Under the pieces are notes generated by a model that searched no databases, was not told the DNA's origin, and saw nothing but the letters and a program-made list of their open reading frames with translations. DNA of 64,000 nucleotides from a virus: the IMG/VR virus record IMGVR_UViG_3300008119_000003, positions 56,321-120,320 of that record; one strand, given 5' to 3'. A program made the position numbers and the translations under genes. How positions within the stretch are numbered: position 1 is the stretch's first letter; each line of letters starts with the position of its first letter. Positions 48,001 to 55,969 of the stretch are shown in pieces.

Positions 48001-51000
48001 TTTAATTTTGATCGGGGTACCCTTGGCACAGGAATAGAAAATGGTAGGATGAATTTTGGGGATAGACCTACATCTTTTAGTGCAGGAGTTGGAACTGAGG
48101 GATATTCTGGTGCTCCAGATAGACTAGTTATACCTAATAGGTATGTTAAAAATATGGGTAATAATCTTTTAGCCAATCCTTACGGAAAAGTATCTGATGA
48201 AACGTTAAGTTTTCTTGAGGGTTCTGCAAAAGACTTTGCTTTAAATGCACCTAGTTTAAATGAAGCTATTATTGGCGAAAGAGAATTAATAGGTACAGGA
48301 CTAGACTTTAAGCAAATAGGTAAAGTTAAAAATGATATTGGTGGATTTGACTATGTGGTTAAACCAAAGAATATTAAAGGCGGAACAAATATTAATAGTG
48401 GTGATAAAACATTTAAGTCTGAAATAGATTGGGCTAAATGGAATCCTGAAACTCCTAATCATCCAGAACTTATTAATGAGTATAACGCTATAGAGCAGAA
48501 TACAAAAATGAGCGGGGATTGGCTAAAAAGAATAGATGGTAAAAAATGGAAACCTAGTGCAGAAGCTAAAAAAATGGGTTTGGTAGAACAGGAGTATATA
48601 ATGCAATCAAGTGATAGATTTAAAAAAGCATATCCTGAAGGATTCGAAACTACTTATAGAGGACAAAATACGGGTACCGAAGTTATGGGAGGTGGTGATA
48701 GAGGATATGACCCAAGAATTGTTTTTACTGGCGATAAGGATGTTGCTTTATCATACGCACAAACCCCTTTTAATGGTAAAAAACATTCTGGAGAATTATT
48801 TATGCCTGGTATCTCAGATCCGAGCCAACCTGCTTTCTATAAACTAATGTATCCTAAAACTAGTAAAAGTAAGACACTTACAGCTCGTAATGGTGACTGG
48901 CGATTTATAAAAGATGCTGAAATTGCAAAAGCTGTTAATCCCCATTTTACAAATACTCTTAGTACTGACGATCTTACCAAGTACTTAAGTAAGAGTGATT
49001 TAGACCTTATAAATATTAATGGTGTCAATGACTATATGGTCGGCTCAGATTTAAGAGACTTTGCTAAAAATTTTATTACGACAGGGAAAATATTTCCAAA
49101 TACAAAAATTATAAATCAATCACCAGGTAGATATTTAAAATCAGTTATAGGTAATAACGGTATGTTTGACATGAACAACCCTAATATATATAAGACGCTG
49201 CTACCTCCAGCCCTTTTAATTGGAGCAGGAGCTATCAGTCAACAGAAAGATGGTGGAGAATTACCTAAAGCACAAAATGGCAGAGACATATCTGTGCCAG
49301 ATCTAAGAAGAGTTAAGATACAGTTATTACCTAAAGCGGAGAATGGTAGTAACTTTAAACCTAGTTATGATTGGAGAAAAAGTCCTGCAGAAAATGCAGA
49401 ACTCAATAGACGAGCGCAAGTTATGGGATGGAACTCTGTTGCTGATTATGAGGCATCAGGCTGGGGACAAAATGGTTATGTTAAAGTACCTGAGGTAATC
49501 CGTCAACAAAGAATTGATAAAGGGATTCCGGCAGATCAAATACCCGAGTACGAAAAGATAGAGGAGAAGAAAATTAGTCCTGAACTAAAGTCTATTATAG
49601 ATAAACAAGAGGCTAGAAGTACCGCAGACAAAAATAAAGCAGCTAAAGAAAAGTATGATAGAGATATAAAAAACTTTAGACCTGCGCCTGTTAATGATCC
49701 AGCTGGTTTACCTAGTGTACCTATTATTGAAGCAGCGCTTATGGCTCCGGTGGCTCTTGGAGAAGCCGGATTAGCTGGACTTGGCGAATTAGCGTTTGGT
49801 GCAGCTGAGGCATCTCCGCTTATACAGAGTGCGATAGCTGGAGGAAGAGGTTTATTAAATGCTGCGCCTTCCTCAGTACCTTGGCTTAATGCTGGTAATG
49901 CATTAACATATGGATTTGGAGTACATGGTGCAAACGCTATAAGAACCGGAGAAGTTGCTAAACCTTGGATACATGCTAATGCTACAGGTAATCCAATGGA
50001 CTACGGAAACGCCTTTGCTGAAAATTTAATGACTGCTTTAGAGGTAGCACCTTTTGTTGGACCGACTGTAAAAGGAACATCAAAAATAGTGCAATCAACT
50101 GCTTCAACTTTTGCTGATAACTATAAAATCAGAGCAGAATTAGCAAAAATTCAAAATGAAGGCTTACAAGCAGGATTAAATGATTTTGAAATTGCCTATA
50201 GACAACTTAACCAAGTAGGTATAACATCTAATCAACGTAAAGGTTATGTTCCAGGAGTTTCAGAATTTTTCCATAAGTATATAACACCTTTTGGTTATAC
50301 TGGGGCAAATGAATCAAAACTTGCACAAAGTTATAAAAATATTAAAGCAGGAGGATGGGAAGAAGCATATAGACGTGGTATTGGACCAAAACCTAATACC
50401 ACTTCACAAGCAATGTTAGATTATTGGTACAATAAACATGCTAAACTAAATACTAGAGATGATGCTTGGAGAATGTATTTAGGGATGCCTCAAAAACACG
50501 GTACATTTAGTTTGGCTGATACAGCACCTGTAATGCACCCTGCTTACAAACCTGGATCTTTAGCAGGAATGGATATTTATAATATCCCTAAAAATGTAGT
50601 ATTTGAAACAAAACCGGTCGACCTTTTTAATAGTAATAAGAGAAAAGTAGATGGATTTAGTGAAGTAACTAGACGGATGGGTAGTATACCAGAAGAAGGT
50701 ATGGGGCCTCTGGATAAACCAATATTTCTAGATCGTGATATGGTGGTTATGGGAGGATACAATAAAGTATTAACTAAAGATGGATTACAATATAATGATA
50801 TATGGGATTTAGATCCGACAATTAACTTTGAAACTCTAGTACCAGGCCGCGTTAAAAAAATGATGCCTGGAAAATGGAAAGAAAAACTTTTTTATAAAGA
50901 CGTTCCTATATCAAGTGCCGCATATCATCCTAGTCATACATCTAGCGGCTATATTAATCAGCCAATGCAGGTTACTGTACCTAGACAAGTTACAATTCCA

Positions 51001-51951
51001 ACAAGTAAGTTTTTTGGAAAACCTTTTATGCTTCACGGTAATCTAGATTATACATCAGCAGATTATACTAATGATTTATTAAAAACACTTCAAGCGGAAC
51101 TGCAGGAAATTGCCCCTTTTGGTTCAGCCTCTCCATCAATTGGACGTGACTATAGAAAAGCTCTTGACTTAGAACAAAAGATAGAGTTATTAAAAAGTGG
51201 TCAATACCCTAAGTATAAAAAAGGAGGTAAGTTACCTAAAGCACAGGACGGAACCTTTGACTACTATAATGCAGCAGCAAAACTTAATACTGAGAAAAAC
51301 AGAATAGCTGGTATGAGAAATCAGATTATTCCTATTGCTATTAGTCACGATGCTACTTCAGATAATAGACCTTTTCATGTACGCCTTCCTGAAGGTCAAC
51401 CCTATTGTACAACAAGAGCATGTGAAGCAGAACGTGAAGCGGGTTTTCCTATAAAACAAGTAGCCTCAGGGTATAAACTTATGAATGAGGCAACTCCGGA
51501 AAATGGATGGTATCCTACATCATATGATAAGTTACTTCCTGGAGATATGGCACAGGTTGTAAGAAATAGCGGATTTGGTCATACAATGTTATCTACAGGT
51601 AATGTGTCTAATATGCCAGAGGGTTGGAGAGGAGATGCTGATCCAAACCAGAAAGGATTTTATTGGGATAACGGATCAGGCCAGGACTTTCAATTTGCTA
51701 GTCCTAAGTCGGAAAATCAATTAGCTGGGTGGATGAATAATGTAAAGAGGATGAACTACTATACCTATAAAGGTAATCTTCCTCAGTATGAAAAAGAATA
51801 TCAGCAAGCTATACAAAACTACTTGCATGATACTTCAGAAGGGGATAATGGACCTATGGTACCTATTGATGCAATACCTTATAAAAAACAGGGTGGTGCT
51901 GTAAAGAGAGTAAAGATAAACGGCTTACCTAAGAATTGGAAAAGCCAGTAA
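45091..51951 (+). CDS. multidomain (polyvalent) virion cargo protein with NlpC/P60-like, lysozyme-like and ART-like modules
   Basis: 2286 aa; modules separated by KxGG...LPKAQxG linkers; catalytic-like motifs are listed in the findings. Confidence 0.7.
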   Translation: MAKVSTKGYKKNSKDKAEPSLRIPSSIITMKEDDGTPLKKGPILGIDNLGNQQMMLPGMDYQFPGNYVDEIPMAKRGGTKKVKIDSLPKAQNGEEVTPEYSFVPPDADRYGMNKFILKGDDTQYVDPALFQQVQDLQNRINPLAQSSSSSRKEYERRVLEAINRVEPQNYDVTTSGYIPESVRQSEDVRRNGLNGCISGVCYTLNEAGEPVRYYSNSMFQDAIKAGTEKDWELDFDTKNISGGDIVQFTGEREGPHHGALVVPNSVVNNEDGTITFEAFMNSGTGPMYRKTYTLDPKEDRVDNFSNETIQLIKRKSPSDLDNLVAQRDQLKNQIEAADPSAFKKGRARRWNTYMPGAFTEVGVDYSRFDGLDPERLVAGSMMQNLKLEDAARLLRQSTISTPKPIDGINIKFDSKYDIDYDALRKTGGFENILNQINDPEFKMNFMKDMNITNREYNALVLNSFGLYGQESGFGTKTGGIEETDVARKADSVAEDIWSRVTGKGAFRRDVDEDYSRGLTQVKLRNIKGQDRRQYGIDKESVEDDPTKAFTAAMIVNAQNLPELRKLADKGETDALNMSNYLDFIPYMYNQPNRLRRGDRKTIERALAEGEDPAQALVIDPNSPMANNEYVKNVRTYSDLLKFMPLAIDTVPKKFGGPLYKAQDGFNFSFDPSKSFAENTELNKRAQIMGWNSVAEYEKSGWGQNEVALKQRALINNPQVQQMAKTAAEMNPELANVQARQDQLYANKTSNTQKAVNQAYYTLSNPLDALGQYSKYGYIPQGNVGNYGYKDDSAGPVSLANTTFNPFAWGNAAYRFANEVGNADSWTTGRGAVNMTTDFLEALPLFSEASKAAEPALKYMGEGLNTAAKYPGQLYNNVATGNSFIPYAWKSPAVGLSQEKSAEMFKGLLNSGKLTPAENALIIEYQSNSRPFTGRSTVGANVLNTEKRAALNDIIKKYNLDVNSDAILTRRFNFDRGTLGTGIENGRMNFGDRPTSFSAGVGTEGYSGAPDRLVIPNRYVKNMGNNLLANPYGKVSDETLSFLEGSAKDFALNAPSLNEAIIGERELIGTGLDFKQIGKVKNDIGGFDYVVKPKNIKGGTNINSGDKTFKSEIDWAKWNPETPNHPELINEYNAIEQNTKMSGDWLKRIDGKKWKPSAEAKKMGLVEQEYIMQSSDRFKKAYPEGFETTYRGQNTGTEVMGGGDRGYDPRIVFTGDKDVALSYAQTPFNGKKHSGELFMPGISDPSQPAFYKLMYPKTSKSKTLTARNGDWRFIKDAEIAKAVNPHFTNTLSTDDLTKYLSKSDLDLININGVNDYMVGSDLRDFAKNFITTGKIFPNTKIINQSPGRYLKSVIGNNGMFDMNNPNIYKTLLPPALLIGAGAISQQKDGGELPKAQNGRDISVPDLRRVKIQLLPKAENGSNFKPSYDWRKSPAENAELNRRAQVMGWNSVADYEASGWGQNGYVKVPEVIRQQRIDKGIPADQIPEYEKIEEKKISPELKSIIDKQEARSTADKNKAAKEKYDRDIKNFRPAPVNDPAGLPSVPIIEAALMAPVALGEAGLAGLGELAFGAAEASPLIQSAIAGGRGLLNAAPSSVPWLNAGNALTYGFGVHGANAIRTGEVAKPWIHANATGNPMDYGNAFAENLMTALEVAPFVGPTVKGTSKIVQSTASTFADNYKIRAELAKIQNEGLQAGLNDFEIAYRQLNQVGITSNQRKGYVPGVSEFFHKYITPFGYTGANESKLAQSYKNIKAGGWEEAYRRGIGPKPNTTSQAMLDYWYNKHAKLNTRDDAWRMYLGMPQKHGTFSLADTAPVMHPAYKPGSLAGMDIYNIPKNVVFETKPVDLFNSNKRKVDGFSEVTRRMGSIPEEGMGPLDKPIFLDRDMVVMGGYNKVLTKDGLQYNDIWDLDPTINFETLVPGRVKKMMPGKWKEKLFYKDVPISSAAYHPSHTSSGYINQPMQVTVPRQVTIPTSKFFGKPFMLHGNLDYTSADYTNDLLKTLQAELQEIAPFGSASPSIGRDYRKALDLEQKIELLKSGQYPKYKKGGKLPKAQDGTFDYYNAAAKLNTEKNRIAGMRNQIIPIAISHDATSDNRPFHVRLPEGQPYCTTRACEAEREAGFPIKQVASGYKLMNEATPENGWYPTSYDKLLPGDMAQVVRNSGFGHTMLSTGNVSNMPEGWRGDADPNQKGFYWDNGSGQDFQFASPKSENQLAGWMNNVKRMNYYTYKGNLPQYEKEYQQAIQNYLHDTSEGDNGPMVPIDAIPYKKQGGAVKRVKINGLPKNWKSQ

Positions 51952-51992
51952 AAATCAGTATCTTATAACTATAATGCTTATCTTAGCACATT

Positions 51993-54900
51993 ATGAATAA
52001 AATGATCAATCGATATAAGTCTAAGGAAGGGGGTACAATGATACCTATGCGTTTCCAAACAGGCGGAAGTAATTTATTCTTAACCATGCCTAACGGAGGG
52101 AACGTTGGCCCTATGGGGTCATCTCCTATGGGACTTCCTGAATACAGAACGGGAGCAAACTACGGTTATCCGTTTATGCAAGAAGGCGGCGGCGCAGATA
52201 TGGACGGCGATGATCAAAGCTTTTACAGCGGCCGTATGAATACTTTTATTCAAAAGATTCGTGATGCTGCTGAGAAAAATCTTGAGACTGCTATTATGGA
52301 GCAAGACCAACAACAGCCTATGGCAGCATATGGTATGAGTATGGGTAGCGATCCTATGAATTCATATGATCCGGGAAACTTAGGGATATTTGCTAAGACT
52401 GCTGACTTCATGAAGAATGCGGGTCAAGGAGCTCTATCTGGTTATATACAGCGCATGGGAGCTTTGGGTCCTAATGACTATTACTATAAGGAGAAAAACA
52501 TCTATAAAGATAAAAGTAAGGGAGCACCATTAGGTACACAAACTTTTACCGATGCTGATGGCAATCAATCTAGTATCTCTCCAGAAGAAGCTTACAATAG
52601 AGCTAACTATGCTTTATATACTAAAAAACATGGAGGAGGATTATTAAGAGCTAAGGATGGTTTAACAGGTGTGTTTGCAGGAGTTATGGATCCAGAGTTA
52701 TACAGAAGAGCTTTGGAGATGGGTCATGAGAGCATAGAAGATTATCAAAAGTCTGGCTGGGGATATGGAAAGAAACATCCACAGTATAAAGCACCTAGCT
52801 ATCCAAGTCGTGTACGTATTAATGATCCACGTACTATTAACGCTACATCAGGTAATCCTATTAACCCGAATGTAGATTTAAAAAGTGGAGATTACCATAC
52901 TGGCGTAATCGGAGATATTGCAAGAGCTGCTAGAGAGTACGGTGTTGATCCTCAGGAGTTAATAGCAATGGGTCTTCAGGAAACAAACTTAGGAAAGACT
53001 GATCCAAACTATGGTCATGTTTTAAATTATCAGGATCCTGCAAATAGAGGTGCTGCTTATGATATGGCTTTTGCTAAAACACAAAAAAATAAACTTGCTG
53101 ATGAAAAAGGATATTCAAATGACGAGGTCCGTAGAATTCAAACTTATAATGGGTTAGGTACAGTATATCCTTGGACAGAATTAGACTACCACGGATTTCC
53201 CATGAAAAGTATTTATGGAGTACCTTTAACTAATGCTGGAATCAACATGGTTGAAAATCCACTTTACGGAAAACGTATCATGGATTTACGAGACAATGTT
53301 TTAAAGAATCCTAAGAATGCTGAGTACAATCAATTTTTAGATAAGTACAATAGAGACTTGGCTAACGAAGAAGCTGTTTCCCAACAGCAACTAGGTATGT
53401 ATGATATATTTAATACATTCGGTCCTCAATATGGTAACCAGTTTAGAGATATGCTACAGGGTGCTTATAATGATTCTATTAATAATTCATTAAATTCTGA
53501 ATACATATACCCTGATGGAGATTTAAACCTAGGATACTCTGTACCTAATTTAGATAATACAAGACAAAGAAATGCTTTAGATAGATTTAATCAAGGTATA
53601 GGATATGAGCAAATCCCTTATAGAAACGGGGGAGCCCTAAAAAAGTTTACTGGGGATGAAGATGGCAGTACTACAGGAGATAACTATTGGAGCGCTGATG
53701 AAAAAGCATATTTAGATGCTCTACCTAAAGCCCAACGCGATGCTATTATATCTAAAGGAGATAAAGGACGAGAAGCTTACACAGCTTACAGAACAGCTAA
53801 TGATAAACCTAAAGCATCGCAACAATCTACTACGGCTAATAACACAGGTAATAATACAGCTAATAATACGACAACACAACAAAAAACTGTTACAAATGGA
53901 CCTGAAGTAATAGGTGGGAACGGAGATCCAAATATGCTTTATAATGGTCATAACTCAAGTAATGAGAATACAACAGTAATTAACGGAGTACGATATGCTG
54001 TAGATCCTGTCACAAGGGAGGTTCTAGGATATAATCCCCAATCTTCAGCAAGAACTCAGAATTATGACAATTACAATCCTTATGGTGCATATAATCCATA
54101 TGGTGAATATGGAAGAATGAGAGGTAGAAACTTAGGAGTCATATCTAAAAATAGACTTACTCCAGAGTTTAGAGAAAACATGTTAGCTGGTAGCTACGAT
54201 AATCCGCAACTACTTGGGGTATCAGAGATTAAAACTCGTAGGGCTATGGATCCTGGTAACAGAGTTAAGTCTATTACTTACAGCTATGGTCAACCGATAC
54301 CAGGAGGACGTACAACTATAAATAAATCTCAGCCAAATAGTTCTACACAGACTAACAGCGGTTCTAGTAGTACTACGCCTGGAAATGCTAATAATCCTAC
54401 GCCTGGAAGTTCTAGTAGTACTACGCCTAATACTTCGGTTAATCCATCAGTTAGTACGCTTACGCCAGAACAAAAAATACAGCAGGCTATGGACTTTACA
54501 TTCCGTCCAGGTCAAGGTCCTTATAGTACTCCAATAGATTTTCCAGGACTAGAAAAACCAAAAGTAGGACCTTGGGCAGATTACGGTGATGATCAACCTG
54601 TTCCTAATGTACCAGGGGCTATACCTAATGTTCCTACAGTAACAAATAATAATACTGGTTACACTCCTCCAGCTTTTGATATGAATAGATCTTTTGGTCA
54701 GATATCTAATAATGAGCTGAACTATTTTAGTACAGAGGGGGACATGAGTAATCCAGATTGGAGATCTCAAAGAATAGATAATTACGGATCAACACAATAC
54801 GGTAGTGCTAAACAGGTTGGAGATAAATGGAATAATATTAAAGGTAAACCTGTTAATGATGATAATGATATTGGTAGGAAAGGATTAACTAAGGATCAAG

Positions 54901-55967
54901 TTGCTAAAGAGTACGATAAAGTACCAGCACCATTAAAAGATATTGCTATGGACCATTTGTTTAATGCAAGTTCTGATCCTAGAATATTTACATTAGCTGC
55001 TGCAGGAGCTATTGAAATGAACGATAGTTTAATGTATAAAGATAATCCTAAACTACTTGAGGATGCATGGGCTAAGAATATTGATCTTATAAACCAGCAA
55101 TATAAAGATGATCCGCAAGCATTTACATCTGCTGTAAATGACTATAGAAAAATTATCTATAGAAAGTCAAGACAAAAAGGTAAAGATCAATATGGTAACG
55201 ATATAGATACAAAAAGTACTACTGGTCAGCCAGGTCTTCAATATAATGCATGGGAGGGAAGAACAAGTAATACAGGAGACTATCTAGATCGTACTTACTT
55301 TAATCCAGCTAATGGTTATACAGCTCCACAATACTTTAAGAAACATGGCGGAGCATTAAATAAGTTTATTAGAAGGTACGATGATGGTGGACCACTTAGC
55401 GTAAGAGATATGTCTGTCGCAGATATGCCTACGACTGATGAGATTAGTATGGACGAAATTAATCAGATACTTGGTGAAGATGCATTCAAGCCTTTTGAAA
55501 TGACAGATGCCGATAGAATCAGAGCTGTTGATAAAGGTACTGAATATGAGCAGTTAGAACCAGGAGATCTTGAAGGAATAGCTCCAGCATTCGATGTAAC
55601 AACAAAAAGAAAAAAGAAGCGTATCGGTAATCCAGAAAAAGATCTTGCCGCTATTAATCTTGCTACTAAATTTTTTAAGGGTAGGGACGCAGCATATGCT
55701 GAAACGGAATTACGTAATCGTAGCCAAGCATCTCAAGTATTTAATCCTATAAGAAGTACGGAAGGAAACTACGACATCTTATCTGGGGATTTCCGCAGAG
55801 GCAAAAGAGCAGCTGATGGTAATGATGCATTCCATTCCGGATTCGGTACTTATGCTCAAATGGGAGGTAACATGCTACAGAATTTAAAAGAAGGAGATGA
55901 AGTATATTTGACAGAGGATCAAATAAACGATATTTTAAAAAGAGGTGGTAAACTTTCATATCTATAA
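51993..55967 (+). CDS. virion cargo protein with lysozyme-like modules and xxGG linkers
   Basis: 1324 aa; AMGLQETNLG...QTYNGLG; many [YFMK]xxGG motifs. Confidence 0.65.
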   Translation: MNKMINRYKSKEGGTMIPMRFQTGGSNLFLTMPNGGNVGPMGSSPMGLPEYRTGANYGYPFMQEGGGADMDGDDQSFYSGRMNTFIQKIRDAAEKNLETAIMEQDQQQPMAAYGMSMGSDPMNSYDPGNLGIFAKTADFMKNAGQGALSGYIQRMGALGPNDYYYKEKNIYKDKSKGAPLGTQTFTDADGNQSSISPEEAYNRANYALYTKKHGGGLLRAKDGLTGVFAGVMDPELYRRALEMGHESIEDYQKSGWGYGKKHPQYKAPSYPSRVRINDPRTINATSGNPINPNVDLKSGDYHTGVIGDIARAAREYGVDPQELIAMGLQETNLGKTDPNYGHVLNYQDPANRGAAYDMAFAKTQKNKLADEKGYSNDEVRRIQTYNGLGTVYPWTELDYHGFPMKSIYGVPLTNAGINMVENPLYGKRIMDLRDNVLKNPKNAEYNQFLDKYNRDLANEEAVSQQQLGMYDIFNTFGPQYGNQFRDMLQGAYNDSINNSLNSEYIYPDGDLNLGYSVPNLDNTRQRNALDRFNQGIGYEQIPYRNGGALKKFTGDEDGSTTGDNYWSADEKAYLDALPKAQRDAIISKGDKGREAYTAYRTANDKPKASQQSTTANNTGNNTANNTTTQQKTVTNGPEVIGGNGDPNMLYNGHNSSNENTTVINGVRYAVDPVTREVLGYNPQSSARTQNYDNYNPYGAYNPYGEYGRMRGRNLGVISKNRLTPEFRENMLAGSYDNPQLLGVSEIKTRRAMDPGNRVKSITYSYGQPIPGGRTTINKSQPNSSTQTNSGSSSTTPGNANNPTPGSSSSTTPNTSVNPSVSTLTPEQKIQQAMDFTFRPGQGPYSTPIDFPGLEKPKVGPWADYGDDQPVPNVPGAIPNVPTVTNNNTGYTPPAFDMNRSFGQISNNELNYFSTEGDMSNPDWRSQRIDNYGSTQYGSAKQVGDKWNNIKGKPVNDDNDIGRKGLTKDQVAKEYDKVPAPLKDIAMDHLFNASSDPRIFTLAAAGAIEMNDSLMYKDNPKLLEDAWAKNIDLINQQYKDDPQAFTSAVNDYRKIIYRKSRQKGKDQYGNDIDTKSTTGQPGLQYNAWEGRTSNTGDYLDRTYFNPANGYTAPQYFKKHGGALNKFIRRYDDGGPLSVRDMSVADMPTTDEISMDEINQILGEDAFKPFEMTDADRIRAVDKGTEYEQLEPGDLEGIAPAFDVTTKRKKKRIGNPEKDLAAINLATKFFKGRDAAYAETELRNRSQASQVFNPIRSTEGNYDILSGDFRRGKRAADGNDAFHSGFGTYAQMGGNMLQNLKEGDEVYLTEDQINDILKRGGKLSYL

Positions 55968-55969
55968 AT

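Noticed and set aside
54361-54428. 20-bp direct repeat GTTCTAGTAGTACTACGCCT
   Set aside because: In-frame duplication in a Ser/Thr/Pro-rich linker; ordinary low-complexity expansion.
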